From: an uncultured delta proteobacterium
Lineage (GTDB): Bacteria > Desulfobacterota > BSN033 > UBA1163
Assembly: GCA_963827685.1 (NCBI GenBank)
Contig: CAWHBU010000004.1
Location: 160,001-224,000, forward strand
Direction of reading: 5' to 3'
DNA length: 64,000 nt
The notes beneath the pieces were generated by a model, which saw only the letters and a list, made by a program, of their open reading frames with translations, was not told where the DNA came from and did no database searches. Shown here one piece after another: positions 31,253-41,750 of the stretch. A program made the translations under genes and the position numbers. The stretch's first letter is position 1, and every line of letters starts with the position of its first letter.

Positions 31253-31601
31253 ATGGACCCCATTCTTGAAAGGTGTTGTAGGATCCATGTCCAGAAGAAA
31301 ACCATGACCGTTTGTCCTATGATTGGGGAACCTAACGAGAAAGCCAAAAAGACTGTTAAAGCGTTTACCATCATGGCCCGAGTTCTTTTAGCCTGGTAAG
31401 GATTGGTTGGAGAGTCAAGGTTGCACTCATGTCGCTCTGGGGAGCACCGGAGTCTACTGGAAGCCTATGTTAAACATCTTGGAAGAAGGGCATGGAAGTG
31501 ATTCTGACTAATGCCAGAGATATCAAAAATGTCCCCGTTGAAAAACCGATGCCAAGGACTGTGAGTGAATTACCCAGCCTCTTCAGCATAGTTTCATCAA
31601 G
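31253..31601 (+). mobile_element. IS110 family recombinase 5' pseudogene
   Basis: MDPILERCCRIHVQKKT..., THVALGSTGVYWKP, KNVP.KTDAKD; truncated by an IS630 end. Confidence 0.8.
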
Positions 31602-31604
31602 GTT

Positions 31605-31771
31605 GGCGTAGTGTCTCAGTGACGGCTTTCCAATGATTGACCTTCTCCAGGATCTGACTGACTTTCTTGGTCCATACAAAAGGTATTGGATTTTGGTTAT
31701 TTAATCGAACGAACTCTTTGATCGCGGCAACTAAGTCTGGAACACTGTTGAAGACGCCTCGGCGGATCCTT
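31605..31771 (-). mobile_element. IS630 family 3' end, copy 1
   Basis: RIRRGVFNSVPDLVAAIKEFVRLNNQNPIPFVWTK...ETL. Confidence 0.8.
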
Positions 31772-32091
31772 ATTACAGAGGGTGTATGATCTCATGGCTG
31801 TACGGCGGGTCTTAAACCAAGAGATCGTTTGTTTCTTAAGCCCTTTGGTATTTTTGATCCGAAAAGGAGTGACCTTGGTCTGCACATGCGTTAGGTTCAA
31901 GACCGGTACGTTTCAACATGGGACGCCAATTGGATAGTTTACAATCATTTTCCATGTATGGATGTGGGGCCTAAGTCAGGTTTAGGGACAGGTGATCATG
32001 AAAGCCTATTTAGTGGATGAAGATGATCAAAAATAATACATAACGTATCACAAGATGCGACGTAAGATAAAATGACAGGAAGGAGAAGAGA

Positions 32092-32496
32092 ATGCCTTCA
32101 ATTAAAGGTATTGCCCACGTGGGAGTCGCTTTAAGTCGTGTGGATGACGCAATTTCATTATTTGAAAATTATTTTGGATCCAAACTGATCCTGAGAACAG
32201 GTATCCCTAATCAAAAGCAGAATTCCGCAATGGTTTCTGTAGGCAAAGATATCCTGGAACTAATGGAACCGACAGACGAAGATGCAGTAGTGGCTAAGTT
32301 TATTAGGAGTAGAGGAGAGGGGATACACCATATCAGCTTAGAGGTAGAAGGACTTCCAGAATTGGTAACCAAATTAGAGAAGAAGGGCGCCACGGTTATA
32401 GGGAAGCAATTAGAAGGCAAGGAAAGAATTGCCTTTTTACATCCCAAGAATACTTTTGGAGTCCTTTTCGAATTAAGAGAAGAAATAAAGGGATGA
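32092..32496 (+). CDS. mce: methylmalonyl-CoA epimerase (VOC family)
   Basis: HVGVA...LELMEP...RGEGIHHISLEV...FLHPK..GVLFEL. Confidence 0.8.
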   Translation: MPSIKGIAHVGVALSRVDDAISLFENYFGSKLILRTGIPNQKQNSAMVSVGKDILELMEPTDEDAVVAKFIRSRGEGIHHISLEVEGLPELVTKLEKKGATVIGKQLEGKERIAFLHPKNTFGVLFELREEIKG

Positions 32497-32639
32497 GGTG
32501 GAAATTATATTTTGAAAAGCGATAATGTCCGCGAGAACTTGGACGTCAAACTCAAGGCGAGGGGGCAAGAAAAGATGAATTATGAATATATCTCCACACT
32601 GGCTAATGATATGTTTTCTCTATTATGGACTGATTAATA

Positions 32640-32775
32640 AGCGGAAATCTCAAAGATTACATAAACGAATTGGCCGAGATTCCCAAGGCAACTATAGCAG
32701 CAATTGCAGGTTATGCCTTAAGAGGAGGAATGGAACTATCTCTATGCTGTGAGTTCACAATTGGGGCTGACAATG
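32640..32775 (+). pseudogene. enoyl-CoA hydratase fragment
   Basis: IPKATIAAIAGYALRGGMELSLCCE, cut by an IS630 end. Confidence 0.75.
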
Positions 32776-32778
32776 TTA

Positions 32779-32903
32779 CCGCGATCAAAGAGTTCGTTCG
32801 ATTAAATAACCAAAATCCAATACCTTTTGTATGGACCAAGAAAGTCAGTCAGATCCTGGAGAAGGTCAATCATTGGAAAGCCGTCACTGAGACACTACAC
32901 TAG
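32779..32903 (+). mobile_element. IS630 family 3' end, copy 2 (inverted relative to copy 1)
   Basis: 120 bp perfect inverted match to 31608-31727; ends ACACTAG. Confidence 0.85.
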
Positions 32904-32912
32904 GAGGCGAAA

Positions 32913-33764
32913 ATGGAAATTAAGAATGTCGGTATTTTGGGATCAGGGACGATGGGGAGTGGGATAGGGCAAGTTACTGCCATGTCAGGCTTCCGGGTTG
33001 TGATAAGAGACTTGAAAGAAGAATTTTTAAATTTAGGTCGATCAAGGGTAGAAGAAAGCCTCAAACGGATGGTCAAGAAAGAAAAGATTAATGAGAATCA
33101 AGCAAAGGAGATTCTAAATAATATCAAATGGACGACAGAAATATCTGATCTTTCCGGAATTGAATTTATTATTGAGGCAATACCAGAGGTGGCGGAACTC
33201 AAGAAAAGCATGTATCAGACTGTGGAAAAAATATTGGCTAAGGATGCTATTATTGCCTCTAACACTTCCTCCATCAGCATCTCATTGTTAAGTTCAGGCG
33301 TTACAAATCCAGGCCGTTTTATTGGAATGCACTGGTTCAATCCGCCAGTGATGATGAAGCTAGTTGAGATTGTGAAGGGAGTTTTGACATCTGAAGAAAC
33401 AGTTCGTGTAACACTGGACCTTTGCAAAAGGATGGGCAAGGAGACAATCGTGTGCCTTGATTCCCAGGGTTTTGTTACAACAAGAATTTTGACGGCCTTC
33501 AGATTGGAATGCTATCGAGTTTATGAAGAGGGGATTGCCAGTAAGGAAGATATTGATAAGGCTTGCCGCCTGGCGTTTGGCCATCCAATGGGCCAATTTG
33601 AACTAGCTGATTTTTCAGGGCTGGATATTGAGGTTAACGGTTTGAGAGGAATGGTGGAGACATATGGTGACAGGTTCAGAGCACCGCAACGTTTGTTAAA
33701 TTTGGTAAGGACGGGAAGAATCGGTCGAAAATCAAAGCACGGTTGGTATGATTATGATGATTAG
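32913..33764 (+). CDS. hbd: 3-hydroxyacyl-CoA dehydrogenase
   Basis: GSGTMGSGIG, EAIPE, SNTSS, GMHWFNP. Confidence 0.9.
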   Translation: MEIKNVGILGSGTMGSGIGQVTAMSGFRVVIRDLKEEFLNLGRSRVEESLKRMVKKEKINENQAKEILNNIKWTTEISDLSGIEFIIEAIPEVAELKKSMYQTVEKILAKDAIIASNTSSISISLLSSGVTNPGRFIGMHWFNPPVMMKLVEIVKGVLTSEETVRVTLDLCKRMGKETIVCLDSQGFVTTRILTAFRLECYRVYEEGIASKEDIDKACRLAFGHPMGQFELADFSGLDIEVNGLRGMVETYGDRFRAPQRLLNLVRTGRIGRKSKHGWYDYDD

Positions 33765-33850
33765 TTGGAAGTAATCTTTAGAAAAAGGGAATTGTTTCCG
33801 AAAATGAGGAATCTTACCTAACCCGTTTGTTAAAAGAGGAGGAAATCAAA

Positions 33851-35272
33851 ATGGCTGGCATTATTTCATATGGGGCTTACATACCTTTATATAGATTAAC
33901 GCGGGCGGAGATTTCTAAAAGCTGGGGCAGGCCACCCTTGCCTGGTGAAAAGGCGGTCGCAAATTTTGACGAGGACAGCTTGACTATGGGTGTAGCTGCA
34001 GCTATGGATTGCACAATGGGGATAGATCGTAAGACTATCGATGGCTTATACTTTGCCTCGACTACTTCACCGTATAAGGAGAAACAGGCCGCTTCTACCA
34101 TAGCAACAGCACTGAATCTGGATAAAAAAGCATTTACAGTAGACTTCTCTGGCTCTCTGAGAAGTGCGACAAATGCAACGAGAGCTGCCTTAGATGCCGT
34201 AGTTGCGGGTTCAGCCAGAAGCGTCTTAGTCTGCGCTTCCGATACCCGTTTGGGGTACCCTAATGGGGATAACGAGACCTCTTTCGGTGATGGAGCTGCT
34301 GCCATTCTTGTAGGCAACACAAGTGTTGTTGCCACAATCGAAGGTAGTTGTACCGTTTACAATGAGATGATGGATGTGTGGAGATCAGATAAGGACGATT
34401 TTGTTCTGGCCTGGGAGGATCGATTTATCTACGAAAAAGGATACACCAAAGTTGTTTCTGAAGCAATTTCCGCTGCCTTGAAGGAGTATAACTTGACCCC
34501 CAAGGACTTCTTTAAGGCTGCTTTGTATGCACCTAATCAACGACAACTTGGTGTAGTGGCCAGAAAGATTGGATTTGATTTGAAAACCCAGATCCAAGAC
34601 GCTTTACTTTCAGAAGTGGGTAATACCGGTACAGCCTTGCCATTGATGTCTTTGGTGGAAGCTTTGGAGGAGGCTAAAGCGGGGGACAGGATACTCCTTG
34701 CTAGCTACGGCGATGGGTGTGACGTTTATATGCTGAAGGTGACCGATGAGATAAAGAACATCAGAAACAGGCGAGGGATAAAGGGACATCTGACGCCAAA
34801 GCAAATGCTGGCTAGTTACCAGAGATACTTGGTTTGGCGTGAGTTGGTTGAAACTGAACCGCCGAGACGCGTACCACTAAATAAACCATCGGCAGTAGCT
34901 TTGTGGAGGGATAATAAGGGAGGGTTAGCCCTCTACGGGGTTAAGTGCAAGCGCTGCGGCACACCACAATACCCTAGTGTGAGAATATGCAGGGTCTGCA
35001 AAGCTAAGGATGAATTTGAAGAATACTGTTTCGCTGACAAAACAGGAAAGATAACTGCTTTTACCAATGACAACCTGGGCGTTTCGCCTGATCCTCCGAT
35101 TAGTGTAGCTGTAATTGATTTCGATGGTGGAGGAAGGATGTTCTGCGACGTGACTGATCGAAGGCCTGAAGATATTAAGGTGGGGACAAGAGTTGAGATG
35201 ACGTTCAGAAAGATTCGGTACGTAGGCGGCATTTACGACTATTGGTGGAAGTGTCGTCCGCCAAGAAGCTGA
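33851..35272 (+). CDS. HMG-CoA-synthase-like / DUF35 (Zn ribbon + OB-fold) fusion
   Basis: DEDSLTM, GDGAAA, VGNTG; C-terminal CKRCG..YP...CRVC; the catalytic Cys region reads GSLRS. Confidence 0.85.
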   Translation: MAGIISYGAYIPLYRLTRAEISKSWGRPPLPGEKAVANFDEDSLTMGVAAAMDCTMGIDRKTIDGLYFASTTSPYKEKQAASTIATALNLDKKAFTVDFSGSLRSATNATRAALDAVVAGSARSVLVCASDTRLGYPNGDNETSFGDGAAAILVGNTSVVATIEGSCTVYNEMMDVWRSDKDDFVLAWEDRFIYEKGYTKVVSEAISAALKEYNLTPKDFFKAALYAPNQRQLGVVARKIGFDLKTQIQDALLSEVGNTGTALPLMSLVEALEEAKAGDRILLASYGDGCDVYMLKVTDEIKNIRNRRGIKGHLTPKQMLASYQRYLVWRELVETEPPRRVPLNKPSAVALWRDNKGGLALYGVKCKRCGTPQYPSVRICRVCKAKDEFEEYCFADKTGKITAFTNDNLGVSPDPPISVAVIDFDGGGRMFCDVTDRRPEDIKVGTRVEMTFRKIRYVGGIYDYWWKCRPPRS

Positions 35273-35299
35273 AGATAGCCGAGGGAAGGAGTAAGGAAG

Positions 35300-36494
35300 A
35301 TGGGAAGCATTAAGGACAAAGTTGCCATAGTCGGTATGGGCTGTACTAAGTTTGGCGAGAATTGGGATATGAGTCAGGATGATATGATGATTGAGGCCAC
35401 TTATGAGGCCCTTGAGGACGCGGGGATAGAACTAAAAGATATCGAGGCGGCATGGTTAGGAATTTTCTGCCCAAGTTCGCCAACGGGACAGCTACTAGGC
35501 AAGAGCTCTAGGACTCCCCTACATACCTGTCACCAGAGTAGAGAATGCATGTGCCTCGGGTACAGAGGCCATTAGAGGTGCTTGCTATGCCGTGGCTGCC
35601 GGCATATGTAATGTCGCATTGGCTGTGGGTGTTGAAAAGCTGAAGGACAATGGGCTACAGGGACTTCCTGATGCTGATTGGTGGCCGGGTATTGACAATA
35701 CCTATCGAGATGCGAGCGGTAGCGGTCCAGCGCGGTTTGCGATGATGGCTACCACTTATTTCGACAAGTACGGCCTGAGCCCAGAAGAGGGCAAAAGGAT
35801 TTTGGCAATGATTGAGGAGAAAAATCATCGTAACGGGGCTCTTCATCCCAAAGCGCACTTTCAGCACGAAATTACACTAGAACAGATAATCAATGCCCCT
35901 ATAATTGCCTGGCCTCTCGGGATATATGACTGCTGCGGTGTAAGTGATGGCGCAGCAGTAGCTATCGTGACCCGTGCCGATATGGCAAGAAACTTCAGAG
36001 CTGACCCTATTTACGTAAAGGCATTACAGATCTGCGTAGGGTCGAAAGTAGGGGATATGAGTACTGTGTATGACTATGCTCATGTGGAGGAGACCTATCG
36101 TGCTGGTGTAGCGGCCTATGCTGAGGCAGGGATAAAGAAGCCACGTGAAGAAATAAGTATTGCAGAAGTACATGATTGTTTTTCCATCACTGAGTTAGTA
36201 ACTATGGAGGATCTTCAATTTAGCCCGAGAGGAAAGGCTTGTGAGGATGTTAAATCTGGGTTTTTCTCGTTAGAAGGCGGACTTCCAGTTAATACAGATG
36301 GTGGGCTTAAATGTTTTGGCCATCCCATCGGTGCTAGTGGAATTAGAATGCTTTACGAAGTATATAAACAGCTTCAGGGCAAGGCTGGTCGACGTCAGGT
36401 AAAGAATCCTAGACTGGGGCTGACTCACAATCTGGGAGGAGTGCCAGCGTGTGCTACCGCCAGTGTTCTCATTGCTGGTACCGAAAAAAGATAG
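35300..36494 (+). CDS. SCP-x type thiolase/aldolase, frameshifted near 35498
   Basis: Removing one G restores LARALGLPYIPVTRVENACASG; EVHDCF, GHPIGASG, HNLGG. Confidence 0.85.
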
Positions 36495-36728
36495 GAATAA
36501 AATGATTGCCTTCTCTCCGTATCGGGCGGATGGTACCAGCGAGTCGTAGCATGGATACTGACTACTTTGTTGTCAACGCTGTGTGTAAAGAGTTTATGGA
36601 TCCCCAATATAACTCCTTCTATGCTAATAATAAAGATGATCACTGCTGGCTGATTTGGTTGCAAGACGGGTGAGGGATTCCATGAATACAAGTAGTAGAA
36701 AAATCTAAATTATTGAGAGGAGGGAAAG

Positions 36729-37505
36729 ATGCCAGTTCTATACGAGAAGAAAGGCAGGATTGCTTACGTTACGCTTAATCGACCAAAAGTAAATGCTATT
36801 AATTTCGACATGCTTGATGAACTTGACAAGATATGGATTGATTTTAGAGATGATAACAATCTTTGGGTAGCTATTTTAACTGGAGCAGGAAATGTCTTCT
36901 CCGCTGGCTTTGATATTAAGGAAATACTGGAACCCTTGAAGAGAGGTGAATATAGATGGAGAAATTGTGCCACCTTTGGTGATAAGAGTTGTGGCCCTAT
37001 TACTCATTCGGTATGGAAGCCTATTGTTGGCGCTTTAGATGGATTTGTCAATGGTGCAGGTCTTTGGCTTGTTCTGGGATGTGACATAAGGATTGCAACC
37101 AGGGAAGCTCGCTTCGCTTTAGGAGAAGTAAGGCTAAATTTCCCGGTGGAATTTTCCGCACTTATGACCCGCTATATGCCTGAGGCAATTGTCAATGAGC
37201 TGCTTCTAACGGGTAGTACCATCAGTGCTGAGAGAGCTTATGATGTTGGATTCATTAATAAAGTAGTTCCTCGGGAACAACTAGAGCCTGAGGCAACGGC
37301 GATGGCTCATACAATATGCGAAGGTGGCCCTGTAGCAGCGCGGGTAATGAAACAGTTGGTTAAGCAAGGTTGGGATTTAGATTATAATAGTGCTGTGACA
37401 CTTTCGGAGAGTATGATTGTCCCGGTCGTCTTGAATTCCGAGGATACTAAAGAAGGTTGTATGGCCTTTTTAGAGAAGAGAAAGCCCGCCTGGAAAGGCA
37501 AGTAG
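36729..37505 (+). CDS. enoyl-CoA hydratase/isomerase family protein
   Basis: LNRPKVNAI, FSAGFD, CDIRIA, AFLEKRKP. Confidence 0.9.
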   Translation: MPVLYEKKGRIAYVTLNRPKVNAINFDMLDELDKIWIDFRDDNNLWVAILTGAGNVFSAGFDIKEILEPLKRGEYRWRNCATFGDKSCGPITHSVWKPIVGALDGFVNGAGLWLVLGCDIRIATREARFALGEVRLNFPVEFSALMTRYMPEAIVNELLLTGSTISAERAYDVGFINKVVPREQLEPEATAMAHTICEGGPVAARVMKQLVKQGWDLDYNSAVTLSESMIVPVVLNSEDTKEGCMAFLEKRKPAWKGK

Positions 37506-37550
37506 ACTTACAGAAAGGGTCTTTCATAAACCGGAAAGGAGGTTATGTGA

Positions 37551-38360
37551 ATGATTAGTTCAGCATTTGATCTAACAGGCAAAAAAGCGATTGTCACGGG
37601 GGGGGGGACCGGCATAGGCAGAGGCATAGCATTAGAGTTGGCCAAGGCTGGGGTTGATGTAACCATTGCTAGCCGCAATATGGACCATTTGGCACCGACA
37701 GCTAAGGAAATACAGTCTCTGGGGAGGAGGGCGCTGGCTATTTCAACTGATGTTCGTATTGAAGAAATGGTAAAGAAGATGGTAGCAAAGACTATAGAGG
37801 AGTTCGGCTATATTGATATTCTGGTCAATAATAGTGGAACCGGTTTCGAGGTTCCTCTGGAAAAAATGAGTCTAAGGGCTTGGAATGCTATCATAGAGAT
37901 TGATCTTACAGGCACATATTTGTGCTCTCGTCTCGTTGGAGAACATATGATCGAACGAAGGAGCGGAGTTGTCATCAACATTGCCTCAATTGCGGGCAGG
38001 AGAGGAATACCTCTTGAGTGCCATTACGGCGCAGCGAAGGCTGGTATCATAAACCTTACAAGTAGCCTAGCTGCAGAATGGGGTAGATATAATATAAGAG
38101 TGAACTGTATCGGCCCTGGGCCTATACTTACCGACGCGCCGAAGAAACTTTTTAGGGAACATGGTATCAGCGATGAAGCTGAGATGATAAAATTATGGGG
38201 GTCAGAGTGTGCATTAGGTCACTGCGGAATGCCAGAAGACGTTGGTTACGCAGTTGTTTTCTTAGCCTCTGACGCAGCTCGATTCATTAGCGGGGCTACA
38301 CTCTATATCGATGGTTGCCATGGGCTGAGGCCGGCTAGGCCTGGGCTTAGAGCCATCTAA
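37551..38360 (+). CDS. SDR family oxidoreductase
   Basis: TGGGTGIG, NNSG, YGAAK. Confidence 0.92.
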   Translation: MISSAFDLTGKKAIVTGGGTGIGRGIALELAKAGVDVTIASRNMDHLAPTAKEIQSLGRRALAISTDVRIEEMVKKMVAKTIEEFGYIDILVNNSGTGFEVPLEKMSLRAWNAIIEIDLTGTYLCSRLVGEHMIERRSGVVINIASIAGRRGIPLECHYGAAKAGIINLTSSLAAEWGRYNIRVNCIGPGPILTDAPKKLFREHGISDEAEMIKLWGSECALGHCGMPEDVGYAVVFLASDAARFISGATLYIDGCHGLRPARPGLRAI

Positions 38361-38510
38361 GTCTTAACAGTTAGGTTTGATAAGAAAATAAAAAACTTCG
38401 GAGAATGCCGTTACTTGCCCGATAGATTAGTAGGAGGCTTTGACAGCGGGGTCTTTGTTTTTTAGTGCGTTTGAACTGATAAATTGCCAAGGTTAATAAA
38501 TGACATTGGG

Positions 38511-38743
38511 AAAGGTTGGAAGACGATTCTTAAGCCAAACGGATGGGATTGTGCGCCAGGTTGCCTTAATGGATATTAAAAGCTTGTTAAAATATTGTCA
38601 CCAGAAATCAAAATCTAATTGTCAAAGTGTCTTGCTAGAAGCGATGGCTTCTGTGAAGTTACAGTAGAGACTTAAGCAGTCTTGAAAAGTCATCTGGCAA
38701 AGTTGTCAGCAATTTTATGTCCTTGAGTTTTGCATGCACGGCT
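38511..38743 (+). pseudogene. decayed duplicate of the 3' end and downstream DNA of the 21169-21669 gene
   Basis: Colinear match to 21505-21737, with internal stops. Confidence 0.85.
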
Positions 38744-38906
38744 AGAAGCAGCGCATTATATAGACAGAGAACTCTTCTCCTGTGAGATGACACTCAATGA
38801 GGACAATAAACTCTATGATTCAGTATACTAGCGGAGTTATTGGAACCTTGACGACTGATGAAGAATTTTGCACATAGCACGGATTACAATAAAGGAGGAT
38901 TCTTAG

Positions 38907-40403
38907 ATGGCAATTAGAACACCGCAACAATACATTGAAAGTCTGAAGGACGGTCGCGTCGTTTACTGCTCAGGAGAGAGCATCAAGGATGTCACGAAGC
39001 ATCCCATTCTAAAGATTTGCAGGGATTGGGTGGCTACGGATTACGTCCTTCAAAATGATCCCCGCTACAGGGATCTCATAACAGAGAAGAATGAAGAGGG
39101 TGAGCGGGTGAGTTTTGCGTTGATGCCTCAAAGAAGCAGGGAAGATTTGCTCAGATTGAGAGAGATAGTTAAACTCTGGGCAAGAGTTTGTTTCGGCAAA
39201 CCCCCAGGAGCTAAATTTGTCGCAAAAGACGGGTTGAATGCACTTACTGTGGTTAGCCAAAGAATTGATAAAAAATACGGCACGAATTACGCCGAAAACG
39301 TCGAGGCTTATCGGAAACATTTGCAAAAGAACGATTTGGCCTTTGCCATGGGGCTTACCGATGTTAAAGGAGACAGAAGTTTACGGCCCTCACAGCAAAA
39401 GACTCACCAGGATTATTATGTCAGAATCGTTGAAGAGAGAAAGGATGGCATCATTGTGAGAGGGGCCAAGACCCATATCAGCCAGGCACCGCTTTGCAAC
39501 GAGATACTAATAGCCCCGTGCCGTGCCATGAGAGAGGATGACAAGGTTTATGCTGTGTCTTTCGCAGTTCCGGTCAATAGTTCGGGGATTACAATGATTT
39601 CTGCTGAGCCGGAAGTGCATGAGGCCCACAACCTTTTTGACCATCCCATCGCTGGGTCGGTCTATATCAATGACGCTACAATCATCCTTGAGGACGTCTT
39701 TGTGCCAAATGAAAAGATATTCTTAAAAGGGGAATGGGATTTTGCAGGACAGGTAGCCTGTATGTTTGCAAATTTCCATCGCCTCAGCGCTGAGACCTAT
39801 AAAGCCATGGAACTTGAACTCTTTACCGGAGCTGCCGCACTGATGGCTGAATACAATGGGGTGGAGAAGGTCCCTCATATCCGAGAAAAGCTTACTTGGC
39901 TGGTGATGTACACGGAGGCAGTTGAGGTCATTGGCAAATCCGCATGCGAACATTGTATTTCAGAGCCGGATTCAGATTTGGTCTATCCCAATCCTATGTA
40001 TGCCAATATCTGCAAATTTTACTTTGCCGACAATTGGCATCAAGCAACAAGATATATCCAGGATATCGCGGGCGGTATCACGGTCACCTGTCCTTCTGGA
40101 AAAGATTTCATGAACCCTGAAACCCATGAGTTATTGGATAAGTACCTCGGAGGGAAACAAGGCATCCCGACAGAGCATCGGCTTCGCATGGCTAAATTAA
40201 TACGGGACCTCACCTCTTCATATGAAGATGTGCTCACGATTCATGCGGAAGGCTCACTCGAAGCTCAGAAGCTATCCATCTATGCATTGGCCGATTTTGA
40301 TCGCTACAAGGCGGCAGCGAAGCGGGCGGCGCGAATTCAGGATGGCTCAAAGCACAGTATCTATAGCCAATTGCCAGACTTTCCACCTGAATTCTTATAC
40401 TAG
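38907..40403 (+). CDS. AbfD/HpaB family flavoprotein (4-hydroxybutyryl-CoA dehydratase-like, divergent)
   Basis: YIESLKDGR, TDVKGDRSLRP, IVRGAKTHIS, FANFHR, IHAEGS. Confidence 0.85.
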   Translation: MAIRTPQQYIESLKDGRVVYCSGESIKDVTKHPILKICRDWVATDYVLQNDPRYRDLITEKNEEGERVSFALMPQRSREDLLRLREIVKLWARVCFGKPPGAKFVAKDGLNALTVVSQRIDKKYGTNYAENVEAYRKHLQKNDLAFAMGLTDVKGDRSLRPSQQKTHQDYYVRIVEERKDGIIVRGAKTHISQAPLCNEILIAPCRAMREDDKVYAVSFAVPVNSSGITMISAEPEVHEAHNLFDHPIAGSVYINDATIILEDVFVPNEKIFLKGEWDFAGQVACMFANFHRLSAETYKAMELELFTGAAALMAEYNGVEKVPHIREKLTWLVMYTEAVEVIGKSACEHCISEPDSDLVYPNPMYANICKFYFADNWHQATRYIQDIAGGITVTCPSGKDFMNPETHELLDKYLGGKQGIPTEHRLRMAKLIRDLTSSYEDVLTIHAEGSLEAQKLSIYALADFDRYKAAAKRAARIQDGSKHSIYSQLPDFPPEFLY

Positions 40404-40561
40404 CGGGTGAGATTTCTTAAGGTAGGTCGAATGCCCCCTCTAAACACGAACTCCCCAAAAGTGCAGCGGGAAAAATACTAAGGAGGATCTTAGCAGAGGG
40501 GAAGAAATCGGCCACGGAAGGTGATAATAAATCGAAATGATTGCGGAAAGGAATTCAAAAC

Positions 40562-41750
40562 GTGAATGAAAGAGATTCTATAATTGTTTCTGCTGTGAGA
40601 ACCCCGATCGGCACCTTTGGAGGTTCGCTCAGGGATATCCCACATGAAGGATTGGCGGCTGCCGTCATGGGAGAAGTTTGTAATAGGGCTAGCTTCCCGA
40701 GAGAAGAGCTTGATGACATCTATTGGGGTGTGGTTATGGTTCGGAGTGACGAAAATGGCCTCGCACGTTCCGCAGCTTTAACTGCAGGAATACCAGACCA
40801 TGCCTCTGCCGTACAGGTCAATCGGGCTTGCTGCTCATCTATGGAGGCTATCAGGATTGGGTCCATGGCCATCCGCCTAGGGGAGGCAAACGCGATTATT
40901 GCCGGAGGCGGAGAAAGTATGAGCAACGTCCCCTATTCAATTAAGAACGGAAGATGGGGGTTGAGGCTTCGTCATCAAGAACTGACTGACGGTGTATGGG
41001 ACGGACTCACTGATCACCATACAGGTCTTATCATGGGGATGACTGCAGAGAATGTTGCAGAAAAATATAATATTTCGAGGGAGGATCAGGATAAGTTTTC
41101 CTACGAAAGTCAGATGCGGACCAAAAAGGCAATTGAGGAGGGAAGGTTTAAGGATGAAATCGTACCGATTAAGGTACCTGGAGAGAAAAAAGGGGAATTC
41201 AAGATGCTAGACACGGATGAATATCCGAGGCCAGGGACGACATTGGAAGGGCTGGGGCAAATTACCTCCCGCGTTCAAGAAAGAGGGTACGGTTACGGCA
41301 GGGAATTCATCTGGGATAAACGATGGAGCCTCTGCTATCTTGGTTTTATCCAGAAAAGTTGCGGACAGGTTTAATATCAAGAGAAAGTGGAGAGTTGTGG
41401 GTTCAGCAGCAATGGGTGTGGATCCTAGAATTATGGGGATTGGACCGATCCCGGCAATTAAAAAGCTTTTAAAACTGACTGGATATGATCTCAAGAAAAT
41501 AGAATTGTTCGAGATAAATGAAGCGTTCGCTGCACCCTCGATAGCTGTTGAGCGAGAACTTGGGTTGAATCATGCAATTGTAAATGTAAATGGTGGTGGA
41601 ATTGCCTTAGGTCACCCAATCGGGAATTCAGGTTGTGGTATCGTGGTGAGTTTGATCCATGAAATGGAAAAACGTGGGGTGAGACTTGGGCTTGCTGCTT
41701 TATGTGGTTGTGGCGGACACGGTCAAGCCATCCTCCTTGAACGAATTTAG
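40562..41750 (+). CDS. acetyl-CoA C-acyltransferase (thiolase), frameshifted near 41254
   Basis: VNRACCSS, NEAFAA, GHPIG, LCGCGG; extra G in ctggggcaaa. Confidence 0.87.
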
